Shown here: positions 16,292 to 24,715 of the stretch, piece after piece
Layout of the letters: the number at the start of each line of letters is the position of its first letter
Position numbering within the stretch: position 1 is the first letter of the stretch
From: an uncultured Actinomycetes bacterium
GTDB taxonomy: Bacteria > Actinomycetota > Actinomycetes > S36-B12 > CAIYMF01
Direction: 5' to 3'
Length of the DNA stretch: 32,000 bases
NCBI GenBank assembly: GCA_963843975.1
Contig: CAWJMG010000003.1
Span: 1,080,001-1,112,000 of the forward strand
Position numbers and translations under genes: made by a program
Notes under the pieces: model-generated
The model's input: only the letters and a program-made list of their open reading frames with translations
What the model was told of the DNA's origin: nothing
Database searches by the model: none

Positions 16292-17503
16292 CTAGCGGGC
16301 GAGCGCGACGGCGAGCCCGGGCGAGAGCTGGAGCGGAGGAAGGAGCACCGACTGCAGCGCGTGGTAGACGTCCGGCGCACCCGTCCAGGTGACCTGCACC
16401 AGCTCGTTGGACGCCGACAGCTCGTGCCACCAGCCGCCCGGCACCGCGGCATCGACGACATGCGCGCGGGTGAAGGCGAGCACCTCGTCGTACCTCGCCG
16501 ACCACAGCGGGTCGCCGGTCGCCCGCCACATCGCCCACGCCGCGAGTGCGGCCTCGCACGCCACCCAGTGGAAGCGCTCGCGCACGACGGGGACGCCCGA
16601 GGCGTCGGTCGTGTAGACGAAGCCGCCGATCGCGCCGTCCCACGCGTCGTCCCACGCCGTGGCCGCCAGCGAGCCGGCGGCGGAGACGAATCCCTCCGGC
16701 ACGTCGTGCGCGGCAGCAAGCGTCAGCAGCAGTCGCGACCATTCGAACGCGTGGCCCGGCGTCGCGCCGTACGGCCGGAACGGGTGCCGCGGCGAGTCCA
16801 CGTTGTAGTCAGGCAGCACCCGCCAGTCGGCGTCGAAGTGCTCGGGGACGCGCCAGCCCTGGGCCTCGGCGGCGTCGAGCATCCGCGCGCAGATCGCGGC
16901 AGCGCGTTCGCGCCACACCGGGTCGCCGGTCGCGTCGCCCGCGGCCAGGAACGCCTCGACCGTGTGCATCGCCGCGTTGCCGCCGCGGTAGTCCTCGCAG
17001 TCGCTCCAGTCGAGGGCGAACGACTCGTACGGCATCTGCGTCTCGGCGTCCCAGAAGTGCTCGAGGTACGTCGTCAACGCAGCGTCGAGCAGCTCGGCAC
17101 CACGGGGCCGGCCTGCCACGGTGGCGGACGCGCCCGCGAGGATCACGAACGCCTGGCCGTAGGCCTCCTTGCGGCCCCCGCCCGGCCGGTCGGCGTCCGC
17201 GAACCACCCGCCGTGCTCAGGGTCTCGGTACGCCGACAGCAGCGCCTCGATGCCACGCTCGGCGGCCGCGCCATCCCCCTCGCGGCCGAGGATCGACCCC
17301 AGCGCGAGGCAGTGGACCATCCGGCAGCCGATCCAGAGCGGTCGCCCGCGGGCGGCGTCGAGACCGCCGGACCGGTCGCGCCATCCGAAGCCTCCGAGCG
17401 GATGGGCGGACCCTGCGGCCCAGCGCAGCAGCCGGTCGGCCTCGGCGTCGAGCCAGGCCCGGTGGTCGGCGCCTTGGGGCGTCGTCGGATCGAGCAGCGT
17501 CAT
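16292..17503 (-). CDS. AGE-family epimerase/isomerase (N-acylglucosamine 2-epimerase-like, alpha/alpha-toroid)
   Basis: ATG 17503 is in frame within ORF 16292..17617. Repeated aromatic/His-rich helical hairpin motifs occur (GGFGW.., EHGGWF.., KEAYGQAFVILA, NAAMHTVEAFL, TPGHAFEWSRLLL, GGFVYT, FHWVACEA). The family call is from overall resemblance only. Confidence 0.65.
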   Translation of the reverse strand: MTLLDPTTPQGADHRAWLDAEADRLLRWAAGSAHPLGGFGWRDRSGGLDAARGRPLWIGCRMVHCLALGSILGREGDGAAAERGIEALLSAYRDPEHGGWFADADRPGGGRKEAYGQAFVILAGASATVAGRPRGAELLDAALTTYLEHFWDAETQMPYESFALDWSDCEDYRGGNAAMHTVEAFLAAGDATGDPVWRERAAAICARMLDAAEAQGWRVPEHFDADWRVLPDYNVDSPRHPFRPYGATPGHAFEWSRLLLTLAAAHDVPEGFVSAAGSLAATAWDDAWDGAIGGFVYTTDASGVPVVRERFHWVACEAALAAWAMWRATGDPLWSARYDEVLAFTRAHVVDAAVPGGWWHELSASNELVQVTWTGAPDVYHALQSVLLPPLQLSPGLAVALAR

Positions 17504-17650
17504 GGTCGTTGTCCTCAGCGGTCGTTGCGGCGCGGTGCGGCGGTGCTGGCCCGGACCTCGAGGCGCGCCGGTGTCACCACCACCGACGGCCCGTCCGGGC
17601 CCGTGACAACCGAGCACCGCCCCGCGCCGGCCGCAGGGCGGCGTCGGACC

Positions 17651-18064
17651 TCAGCCCGCGGTGAGGGCGGCGCGCGGGCGCAGGAGGGTCGCCGCGGTCT
17701 CGGCGAGCACGACCGGGTCGAGCGGCTGCGGCACGACGGCCTCGGCCTGCGACCAGGTGGCGAGCCACGCGTCCTGCGGGCGGCCGATGATGAGCAGCAC
17801 CGGCGGGGCCTGGTAGATCTCGTTCTTCATGCGGCGCGTGATGCCCATGCCGCCGGAGGGCCGAGCCTCGCCGTCGAGGATGCACAGGTCGATGCCGCCC
17901 TCCTCGAGGCGGCGGATCAGCGCCGGCTCGGTCGCGCACTCGACGTACTCGACCTTGGGGAGGTCCGCTGCCGGACGGCGGCCGAGGCCCTGGCGGACCG
18001 CGGTGCGCACCGGCGCCTCGGACGAGTAGACGAGGACGGTGAGGGTGCGCTCGGCGGTGCTCAT
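17651..18064 (-). CDS. Stand-alone degenerate receiver (pseudo-receiver) domain protein
   Basis: ATG 18064 is in frame within ORF 17651..18181. The layout is CheY-like: TVLVYSSE (SS where the acidic pair normally sits), IDLCILDGEARPSGGMG (central Asp kept), PVLLIIG and VVPQPLD (Q where the conserved Lys sits). There is no output domain. Confidence 0.65.
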   Translation of the reverse strand: MSTAERTLTVLVYSSEAPVRTAVRQGLGRRPAADLPKVEYVECATEPALIRRLEEGGIDLCILDGEARPSGGMGITRRMKNEIYQAPPVLLIIGRPQDAWLATWSQAEAVVPQPLDPVVLAETAATLLRPRAALTAG

Positions 18065-18290
18065 GCCCCGAATCGTAGCGACGCGGGGGCGCCCGGTTGA
18101 ACGGCGCACCGGGGTCGGGGCGGACGCTCTCCGGACGTGGTAGGAGATGAGGCTTACCTCACTTGTGCGTTCGTGCATCACGGCAGGTCAGGGGCTGTGA
18201 GCGTGCGTGCACGGCCTCCGGGTAACAGCCGCGACACGGACTCGGGGGGTGGACGGGTGCAAGGGCCCAGGACCTGCCACAATCCTCCCC

Positions 18291-18896
18291 GTGGCGACCG
18301 CAACCGTGATCGAGAACGCACCCGCCCACGCGCCTGCCAACCGACCCAACATGGTCTCGGTCGGCACGATCGTGTGGCTGTCCAGCGAGCTGATGTTCTT
18401 CGCGGCTCTCTTCGCGATGTACTTCACCCTCCGCGCGGTGAACATCGAGGAGTGGAGCACGTTCACCGAGATCCTGAACATCCCGTTCGCGACGGTGAAC
18501 ACGATCATCCTGGTGCTGTCGTCGGTCACCTGCCAGCTCGGCGTGTTCGCCGCCGAGCGCGGGGACGTCCAGAAGCTCCGGATGTGGTTCATCATCACGT
18601 TCGTCATGGGCTCGGTCTTCATCGCCGGCCAGGTCACCGAGTACGCCGAGCTCGTCAAGGAGGGCGTCACGCTCTCCTCGAGCGCGTACGGCTCGGTCTT
18701 CTACCTCACGACCGGCTTCCACGGCATGCACGTGACGGGCGGTCTCATCGCGTTCCTCTTCGTCCTCGGACGCACCTACGTCTCGCGGCGCTTCACGCAC
18801 CGCCAGGCGACCACCGCGATCGTGGTGTCGTACTACTGGCACTTCGTCGACGTGGTCTGGATCGGCCTCTTCACCATGATCTACCTCATCAAGTAG
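18291..18896 (+). CDS. ctaE: Cytochrome c oxidase (aa3) subunit III
   Basis: Motifs are [54 protein letters not shown] and [14 protein letters not shown]. The start is uncertain: GTG 18291 or 18306 within ORF 18207..18896. No clear SD is present. Confidence 0.9.
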   Translation: MATATVIENAPAHAPANRPNMVSVGTIVWLSSELMFFAALFAMYFTLRAVNIEEWSTFTEILNIPFATVNTIILVLSSVTCQLGVFAAERGDVQKLRMWFIITFVMGSVFIAGQVTEYAELVKEGVTLSSSAYGSVFYLTTGFHGMHVTGGLIAFLFVLGRTYVSRRFTHRQATTAIVVSYYWHFVDVVWIGLFTMIYLIK

Positions 18897-18949
18897 CCCG
18901 GCTCCGCCGCTGATCTCCATCCCGCACGACGACACGTGAAGGCTCACTC

Positions 18950-19732
18950 GTGACCAGCAGCTCAGTCCGACGGCACAAGGCCACCGGCCTCGCCGTCCTC
19001 ATGGTGGGACTCCTGACCACCGGGATCGGCTACGCAGCCGTGACCGGATCGGCAGAGGCCTCGGCGCCCACGGCGTCGGCATCCCAGGTCGAGGAGGGCA
19101 AGAAGCTCTACCTCGAGGGCTGCGCGACCTGCCACGGCCTCGCAGCGCAGGGCTCGACCGACGGCCCCAGCCTCATCGGCGTGGGCGCTGCCGCGGTCGA
19201 CTTCCAGGTCAGCACCGGGCGCATGCCGCTCGCCGGCCCGACCAACCAGGCGCCGAGGAAGCCGTACTCCTACTCCGCCGAGGAGGTGGCGGCGCTCGCC
19301 GCCTTCGTCGCCTCGCTCGCCCCCGGGCCGGCCATCCCCACCTCCGAGGAGCTCAATACCGACGAGGCCAGCCTCGCCGAGGGCGGCGAGCTCTTCCGCA
19401 CCAACTGCGCCCAGTGCCACAACTTCGCCGGCAAGGGCGGCGCGCTGTCCGAGGGCAAGTACGCGCCGTCCCTGATGAACTCCAGCGACAAGACGATCTG
19501 GGAGGCCATGGTCAGCGGTCCCCAGAACATGCCGAACTTCCCCAACTCCACGATGCCGACCGAGCAGAAGCAGGCGATCATCAAGTACGTGAAGAACCTG
19601 CAGAGCGGTGAGGCCCCCGGCGGCCTCGCGCTCGGCTCGTTCGGCCCCGTCACCGAGGGCGTGTTCATCTGGACGGCGGGCCTCGGGGCCCTCCTGGCCG
19701 CTGCTGTGTGGATCGGGGCGAAGGTTCGATGA
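18950..19732 (+). CDS. qcrC: Cytochrome bc1 complex dihaem cytochrome c subunit
   Basis: It has two CxxCH haem-c sites (CATCHG, CAQCHN), an N-terminal TM/signal and a C-terminal TM anchor (FIWTAGLGALLAAAVWIGA). Its stop overlaps the qcrA start (ATGA at 19729-19732). Confidence 0.92.
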   Translation: MTSSSVRRHKATGLAVLMVGLLTTGIGYAAVTGSAEASAPTASASQVEEGKKLYLEGCATCHGLAAQGSTDGPSLIGVGAAAVDFQVSTGRMPLAGPTNQAPRKPYSYSAEEVAALAAFVASLAPGPAIPTSEELNTDEASLAEGGELFRTNCAQCHNFAGKGGALSEGKYAPSLMNSSDKTIWEAMVSGPQNMPNFPNSTMPTEQKQAIIKYVKNLQSGEAPGGLALGSFGPVTEGVFIWTAGLGALLAAAVWIGAKVR

Positions 19733-20754
19733 GCGACACCAGCACCACGGACCTCGTGGCCCACGGGCACGGCGACGAGCCGCAGTTCCCGCTGCCGCAG
19801 CACCACCTGCGCGTGACCGACACCGACCCGCGCGCTGCCCGCCGTGCCGAGCGCCAGGTCGCGATCATGTTCGCGCTGTCGGCGCTGCTCGTCGTCGCGT
19901 TCATCGTCTTCTACGTGACGGTGCCGACCTCGAACTTCGTCAACCTCGGCCCGATCGGGATCGTCAACTCCTCGAGCCTGCTGCTCGGCCTCACGTTCGG
20001 CGGCGCGGTGCTGCTCATCGGCACCGGCGCCATCCACTGGGCCAAGAAGCTCATGGCCGACGAGGAGGTCACCGACGAGCGTCACCCGGTCGGTTCGCCC
20101 AAGGAGGACCAGGACGCCGCCCTCGCCGCGTTCCAGACCGGTGTCGCGGAGTCCGGCTTCGCCGAGCGCAAGCTCGTGCGCCGCACGCTGATCGGCGCGC
20201 TCGCCCTGTTCCCGGTGCCGCTGATCGTCCTGCTCAAGGACATGGGTCCGCTGCCGGGCACCTCGCTGCGCGAGACCGTGTGGAAGAAGGGCGACCGCAT
20301 CGTCGTCGACGTCACGCTGCAGCCCATCCGGCCCGAGGATCTCAAGGTCGGCACGCTGGTCTCCGCCTCCCCCGAGGGTCTGGACAAGATCCAGGAGGAG
20401 GAGGGCACGCAGAACGCGCGCGCCAAGGCCTCCATCATCCTCGTCCGCATGCGCCCCGAGGAGATCCGGTCGCAGCAGAACGACGGCTGGGACTACAACG
20501 GGATCCTCGCCTACTCCAAGATCTGCACCCACGTCGGGTGCCCCATCGCGCTGTACCAGCAGCGCACGCACCACCTGCTCTGCCCGTGCCACCAGTCCAC
20601 GTTCGACCTCGCCGACTCGGGCAACGTCGTGTTCGGACCTGCTGCGCGCCGTATGCCGCAGCTGCCCATCACCGTCGACGACGAGGGATACCTGGTGGCC
20701 GCCGACGGCTTCCAGGAGCCCGTCGGCCCGAGCTTCTGGGAGCGTGGCGCATGA
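19729..20754 (+). CDS. qcrA: Cytochrome bc1 complex Rieske iron-sulfur subunit
   Basis: The Rieske boxes are CTHVGCPI and CPCHQSTF, with N-terminal TM helices. The start ATG 19729 overlaps the qcrC stop, and its own stop overlaps the qcrB start (ATGA at 20751-20754). Confidence 0.92.
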   Translation: MSDTSTTDLVAHGHGDEPQFPLPQHHLRVTDTDPRAARRAERQVAIMFALSALLVVAFIVFYVTVPTSNFVNLGPIGIVNSSSLLLGLTFGGAVLLIGTGAIHWAKKLMADEEVTDERHPVGSPKEDQDAALAAFQTGVAESGFAERKLVRRTLIGALALFPVPLIVLLKDMGPLPGTSLRETVWKKGDRIVVDVTLQPIRPEDLKVGTLVSASPEGLDKIQEEEGTQNARAKASIILVRMRPEEIRSQQNDGWDYNGILAYSKICTHVGCPIALYQQRTHHLLCPCHQSTFDLADSGNVVFGPAARRMPQLPITVDDEGYLVAADGFQEPVGPSFWERGA

Positions 20755-22430
20755 GCGTCATCGTCAACGAGGCCGGCAAGGCCATCAGCCGTGCCGACGA
20801 GCGAGCGCCGATCAGCTCGCTCCTGAAGTCCAACCTGCGCAAGGTCTTCCCCGACCACTGGTCGTTCATGCTGGGCGAGATCGCGCTCTACTCGTTCATC
20901 ATCCTGCTGCTGACCGGCGTCTACCTGACGATCTGGTTCAAGCCGTCGATGACCGAGATCATCTACAACGGCTCGTACACCCCGCTCGTCGGCATCCACA
21001 TGTCCGAGGCCTACGCCTCGGCGCTGGACATCAGCTTCGACGTCCGCGGCGGCCTGCTCCTGCGCCAGATCCACCACTGGGCGGCCCTGTTCTTCATGGC
21101 CGCGATGATCGTGCACATGTTCCGGATCTTCTTCACCGGAGCGTTCCGCCGTCCCCGTGAGTTCAACTGGGTCATCGGCGGCTCGATGATCCTCATCGGC
21201 CTGCTCGAGGGCTTCGCCGGCTACTCCCTGCCGGACGACCTGCTCTCCGGCGTCGGCGTGCGCATCGTCGCGGGCATCGTCGAGTCGATCCCCGTGGTCG
21301 GCACCTACCTGATGTTCTTCATCTTCGGCGGCGAGTTCCCGGGCAACGACTTCATCCCGCGCCTGTACACGTTCCACGTGCTGCTCGTGCCGGGCATCCT
21401 GCTGGCGCTCATCGGCCTGCACCTGGTGCTGATCTTCTACCACAAGCACACGCAGTACCCCGGGCCCGGCCGCACGAACACCAACGTCGTGGGCTTCCCG
21501 CTCTTCCCGGTGTACGTCGCCAAGGCCGGCGGCTTCTTCTTCGTGGTCTTCGGCGTCACCGCGCTCATGGGTGCGCTCGTCACGATCAACCCGATCTGGG
21601 CGTACGGCCCGTACGTGCCCGACCAGGTGACGGCGGGCTCGCAGCCCGACTGGTACATCGGCTTCCTGGACGGCATGCTGCGCTCGATCCCGCCGGGCTG
21701 GGAGACCAACATCTGGGGTCACACCATCAGCTGGAACGTCTTCGTGCCGGCCGTCGTTATGCCCGGAATCCTCGTGACGCTGCTGCTCGCCTACCCGTTC
21801 CTCGAGGGCTGGATCACGGGCGACAAGCGCGAGCACCACCTGCTCGACCGCCCGCGCAACAACCCGACGCGCACGGGCATCGGCGTCATGGTGATCTCGT
21901 TCTACGGGATCCTGGTGATCAACGGCGCGAACGACATCATCGCGGTGGCGTTCAACCTGTCGATCAACCAGCTGATCTGGTTCACCCGCATCGGCATCTT
22001 CGTGATCCCGCCGCTGGCGTTCCTCGCCACCCGCCGCTTCTGCCTCGCGCTGCAGCGCCGCGACCGCGACCTCCTGCTCCACGGCCGCGAGAGCGGGCAG
22101 ATCCTGCGCCTCCCGCACGGCGAGTTCATCGAGATCCACACGCCGGTCTCCGACGAGGTCAGGGCGGTCATCCTCTCCAAGGAGGACGTCGTCCCGATCG
22201 AGGCTCCCCCGGCCACGGACGAGAACGGCATCGCCACCCCGGGCCTGCGCGGCAAGCGCTGGCGGGCCAAGCTCTCGCAGGCCTACTTCGGCGACAACGT
22301 CGCCAAGCCCACGGCGGCCGAGCTCGAGGAGGCCGCGCACCACGGGCACGAGCTCCACGACCACGAGGTCGCCGAGCTCGAGGCGGCCGGCAAGCACGCG
22401 CCGAGCACCCTCACCCCCGACTCGCACTGA
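20751..22430 (+). CDS. qcrB: Cytochrome bc1 complex cytochrome b subunit
   Basis: This is the real part of the 940-aa ORF 19608..22430, starting at ATG 20751 (MSVIVNEAGKAISRADERAPISS..). Motifs are KVFPDHWSFMLGEIALYSF, RQIHHWAALFFMAAMIVHMFRIFFTGAF and YTFHVLLVPGILLALIGLHL. The length is 559 aa. Confidence 0.93.
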   Translation: MSVIVNEAGKAISRADERAPISSLLKSNLRKVFPDHWSFMLGEIALYSFIILLLTGVYLTIWFKPSMTEIIYNGSYTPLVGIHMSEAYASALDISFDVRGGLLLRQIHHWAALFFMAAMIVHMFRIFFTGAFRRPREFNWVIGGSMILIGLLEGFAGYSLPDDLLSGVGVRIVAGIVESIPVVGTYLMFFIFGGEFPGNDFIPRLYTFHVLLVPGILLALIGLHLVLIFYHKHTQYPGPGRTNTNVVGFPLFPVYVAKAGGFFFVVFGVTALMGALVTINPIWAYGPYVPDQVTAGSQPDWYIGFLDGMLRSIPPGWETNIWGHTISWNVFVPAVVMPGILVTLLLAYPFLEGWITGDKREHHLLDRPRNNPTRTGIGVMVISFYGILVINGANDIIAVAFNLSINQLIWFTRIGIFVIPPLAFLATRRFCLALQRRDRDLLLHGRESGQILRLPHGEFIEIHTPVSDEVRAVILSKEDVVPIEAPPATDENGIATPGLRGKRWRAKLSQAYFGDNVAKPTAAELEEAAHHGHELHDHEVAELEAAGKHAPSTLTPDSH

Positions 22431-22447
22431 GTCACCCGCACCACCAC

Positions 22448-22477
22448 GAAGGCCCGGTCCAGCAGGACCGGGCCTTC
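22448..22477 (+). terminator. Perfect stem-loop terminator candidate after qcrB
   Basis: The arms are GAAGGCCCGGTCC (22448-22460) and GGACCGGGCCTTC (22465-22477), a perfect 13-bp stem with loop AGCA. It starts 18 nt after the qcrB stop and has no U-tract. Confidence 0.6.
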
Positions 22478-22481
22478 GCGC

Positions 22482-22880
22482 ATGCCGGGCTTGTCCCGCT
22501 GGCAGGCTGGGCGCGTGGACACCACTCCCCTGCCCCGGCCCGACGGCGACCCCGTGCCGGCGCAGCCGCGGCGGATCGGCACCGGCTGCCGGCGCGGCCA
22601 CACGGGCCGCAGCGGCCCCGGCGAGAACCGCGAGCTCGGCCAGGTGCCCGGGCGCATCTCGGCCTGGTTCGGCGCCGTCGTCCTCGGCCTGATCTGCACG
22701 GCCGTCTGGATCTGGCTGCCCGGCGTACGACCGTGGCTGCTCGCGGGCCTCGGCACCTGGTACGTCGTCAGCTTCGCGATCCAGGCCGCCCTGGGCCACC
22801 GGGGCAGGTGCCTGGTCCGGAGAGCCGGACGGTGGTTCTTCGGGCCCGCAGGGGCCCTCCTGGACCCCTCCGAGGACTGA
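22482..22880 (+). CDS. Hypothetical small membrane protein (two predicted TM helices); start uncertain
   Basis: ORF 22482..22880 has high GC3. The C-terminal half has two hydrophobic helices (ISAWFGAVVLGLICTAVWIWL; WLLAGLGTWYVVSFAIQAAL). The N-terminal ~54 codons are Arg/Pro/Gly-rich, and an in-frame GTG at 22644 is an alternative start. Confidence 0.45.
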   Translation: MPGLSRWQAGRVDTTPLPRPDGDPVPAQPRRIGTGCRRGHTGRSGPGENRELGQVPGRISAWFGAVVLGLICTAVWIWLPGVRPWLLAGLGTWYVVSFAIQAALGHRGRCLVRRAGRWFFGPAGALLDPSED

Positions 22881-22951
22881 TCAGCCGCCGGGCGCCGGCA
22901 CGGGGACCGAATCCGACCACGGCAGCGCGTCGCACCCCCGGTCCGAGCCGT

Positions 22952-24142
22952 TCAGGACAGCGCCGAGCCGGTCTTCCACTCGTCGTACGCCGTGTTCCAC
23001 AGGCCGATGCCGTTCCAGGACTGCATCCGGCGGTTGCTGCCGGTGTAGACCACGACGTCGCCGATGCGGGACCGGTCGAAGAGCCACTTGGCGTTCTCGG
23101 TGCTCATGCCGGTGCAGCCGTGCGAGACGTTCTCCTTGCCCTGGTGCGACACGGACCAGGGAGCGGCGTGGATGAACTCGCCGGAGTTGGTGAGGCGCAT
23201 CGCCCACTGCACCTCGAGGCGGTAGTACTCGGGGTCGTTCACAAGAGTCCCGCCGGTCGACGCGTCCATGAGCCGCGTCGTCTCCTTGGTCGAGATGACC
23301 TTGACGCCGCTGCGCGTGGTGAACCCGTCCTTGCCGGTCGTGATCGGGATCCGCTTCACGGTCTTGCCGTCACGGGTCACGCGCATCGTGTGCTTCTGGA
23401 TGTCGACGAACGACACCATCGCCGCGCCCGTGGCGAACGTGAGCGTGCGGTCGGACTCGCCCCAGATCGACGAGGTGAGCTTGCGGCCCTTGAGGCGGGA
23501 GGTCACGGTGATCGTGGCGTGGCCGGGCCAGTACTCCGCGGGGCGGTACTGGACCACGTTGTCCGACTGCCACGACCACGCGCCCTCGACCTGCTCGCCG
23601 TCCACCCGTACGGCCAACGACCGCTCGAACGCGGCCTTGGCCGCGGTGGTGGGCAGGCGCTGGTCCAGCGTGAGCGTGATCGGCATGCCGACACCGACGG
23701 TGCCGCCGTCGCGCGGCGACATCGTGAAGCCGAGGAAGGTAGAGGGGGCGACGGTGGTGACCGTGGTCGTCGTGTGCGTGGGCAGGCCGACGCGGTCGAC
23801 GGCGTCCGCCTCGACCGTGTACGACGTGGCGTACTCCAGCCGGCCGCCGGCGACCACGAAGGTGCGGCCGTCGACCGACAGGCTGCCCTCGACGACGCCG
23901 TCGGGGCCGAGCACCCGCACACCGGTCAGGCGGCCGGAGTCGGCCGTGACGACCAGGCGGGAGGCCGGCGCGACGGGCTTGCCGGTCGCGGCGGGGGTGA
24001 TCTCGATCCGGGCCGTGGACCCGGGTGCGACCGACCCGGCACGGATCTCCAGGGTGCCGGCACCGCAGCCGGAGAGCACGAGCGCGGTGCCCAGGGCGAG
24101 CACGCCGAGGCCGGCAGCGCGCGCACGTCGAGGACGTCGCAC
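22952..24142 (-). CDS. L,D-transpeptidase lipoprotein (YkuD domain with N-terminal Ig-like domains, LdtMt2-like)
   Basis: GTG 24142 has a GGAGG SD about 6 nt upstream (within ORF 22952..24250). The signal/lipobox is RRPRRARAAGLGVLALGTALVLSGC. The catalytic motif is FIHAAPWSVSHQGKENVSHGCTGMS. Confidence 0.88.
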   Translation of the reverse strand: MRRPRRARAAGLGVLALGTALVLSGCGAGTLEIRAGSVAPGSTARIEITPAATGKPVAPASRLVVTADSGRLTGVRVLGPDGVVEGSLSVDGRTFVVAGGRLEYATSYTVEADAVDRVGLPTHTTTTVTTVAPSTFLGFTMSPRDGGTVGVGMPITLTLDQRLPTTAAKAAFERSLAVRVDGEQVEGAWSWQSDNVVQYRPAEYWPGHATITVTSRLKGRKLTSSIWGESDRTLTFATGAAMVSFVDIQKHTMRVTRDGKTVKRIPITTGKDGFTTRSGVKVISTKETTRLMDASTGGTLVNDPEYYRLEVQWAMRLTNSGEFIHAAPWSVSHQGKENVSHGCTGMSTENAKWLFDRSRIGDVVVYTGSNRRMQSWNGIGLWNTAYDEWKTGSALS

Positions 24143-24268
24143 GTCGCACCTCCGCCCCGCTCGGTGATCAGGTCCTGTCGTCAGTGTCGGCAGGTAGGAC
24201 GCCTCGGTCCACCGCTCCAGGGTGACGGATGCGTGACGATTGGCCCGCACGAGGGTCCGGAATGTGAC

Positions 24269-24302
24269 GAAGGGGCGGGATCCATGCGGATCCCGACCCT
24301 TC
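24269..24302 (-). terminator. Stem-loop terminator candidate after ctaF
   Basis: On the minus strand the sequence is GAAGGGTCGGGATCC-GCAT-GGATCCCGCCCCTTC (about 15 bp, one mismatch/wobble). It starts 18 nt after the ctaF stop (24320). Confidence 0.55.
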
Positions 24303-24319
24303 GTGGGCGTCGGAACGTG

Positions 24320-24715
24320 CTAGTCGGCGAACTCGCCCACGTAGTACTCGAAGACGAAGCCCACGAGCGTGAGCATCAGCAGGCCGATGCCCAGGATCAG
24401 GAGCCAGACCGCGAACACGAGGCCGAAGATCGTGATGCCGGTGGCGATCGCCACCGCGATGGGCCACCACGAGTGCGGGCTGAAGAAGCCGTAGTCGGGC
24501 TCGGCGTCCTCGATCACGGCCAGCGGGTCGTCCTCGGGGCGCGTCCCCACGCGGCGCGCGGTGAACAGCAGGTAGAACGCCACCAGGAACGCCAGCCCGC
24601 CCGTGAGGGCGAGGGCGGTGGTGCCGACGATCTCCTTGGTGATGAACCAGTAGGCGGCGGCGACGACACCGAAGAACGCGGTGCCGATCGCGAACAGGGC
24701 TCCCTCGATCTTCAC
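24320..24715 (-). CDS. ctaF: Cytochrome c oxidase subunit IV (actinobacterial CtaF)
   Basis: This 131-aa four-TM protein reads [41 protein letters not shown]... Its GTG start overlaps the ctaD stop (GTGA at 24712-24715). Confidence 0.85.
   Translation of the reverse strand: MKIEGALFAIGTAFFGVVAAAYWFITKEIVGTTALALTGGLAFLVAFYLLFTARRVGTRPEDDPLAVIEDAEPDYGFFSPHSWWPIAVAIATGITIFGLVFAVWLLILGIGLLMLTLVGFVFEYYVGEFAD

Noticed and set aside
18265-18291. Leaderless ctaE transcript from a CACAAT -10-like hexamer (18278-18283) ending 7-8 nt before GTG 18291
   Set aside because: There is no convincing -35 element, and the ctaE start itself is ambiguous (18291 versus 18306). This is too weak to report as a promoter without TSS data.
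19608-20750. N-terminal 381 codons of the 940-aa ORF that would extend QcrB upstream
   Set aside because: It overlaps qcrC/qcrA out of frame with an Arg/Pro-rich translation. The recognisable QcrB begins at ATG 20751, which overlaps the qcrA stop (ATGA).
20511-22799. 762-aa minus-strand ORF antisense to qcrB. The same applies to 22733..24958(+), 24766..26511(+), 5589..6887(-), 12947..14695(-), 16361..18100(+) and 29303..30589(+).
   Set aside because: All are antisense or offset frames of well-supported genes. They have Arg/Asp/Gly/His-rich, motif-free translations and the wrong GC3 periodicity. They are shadow ORFs.
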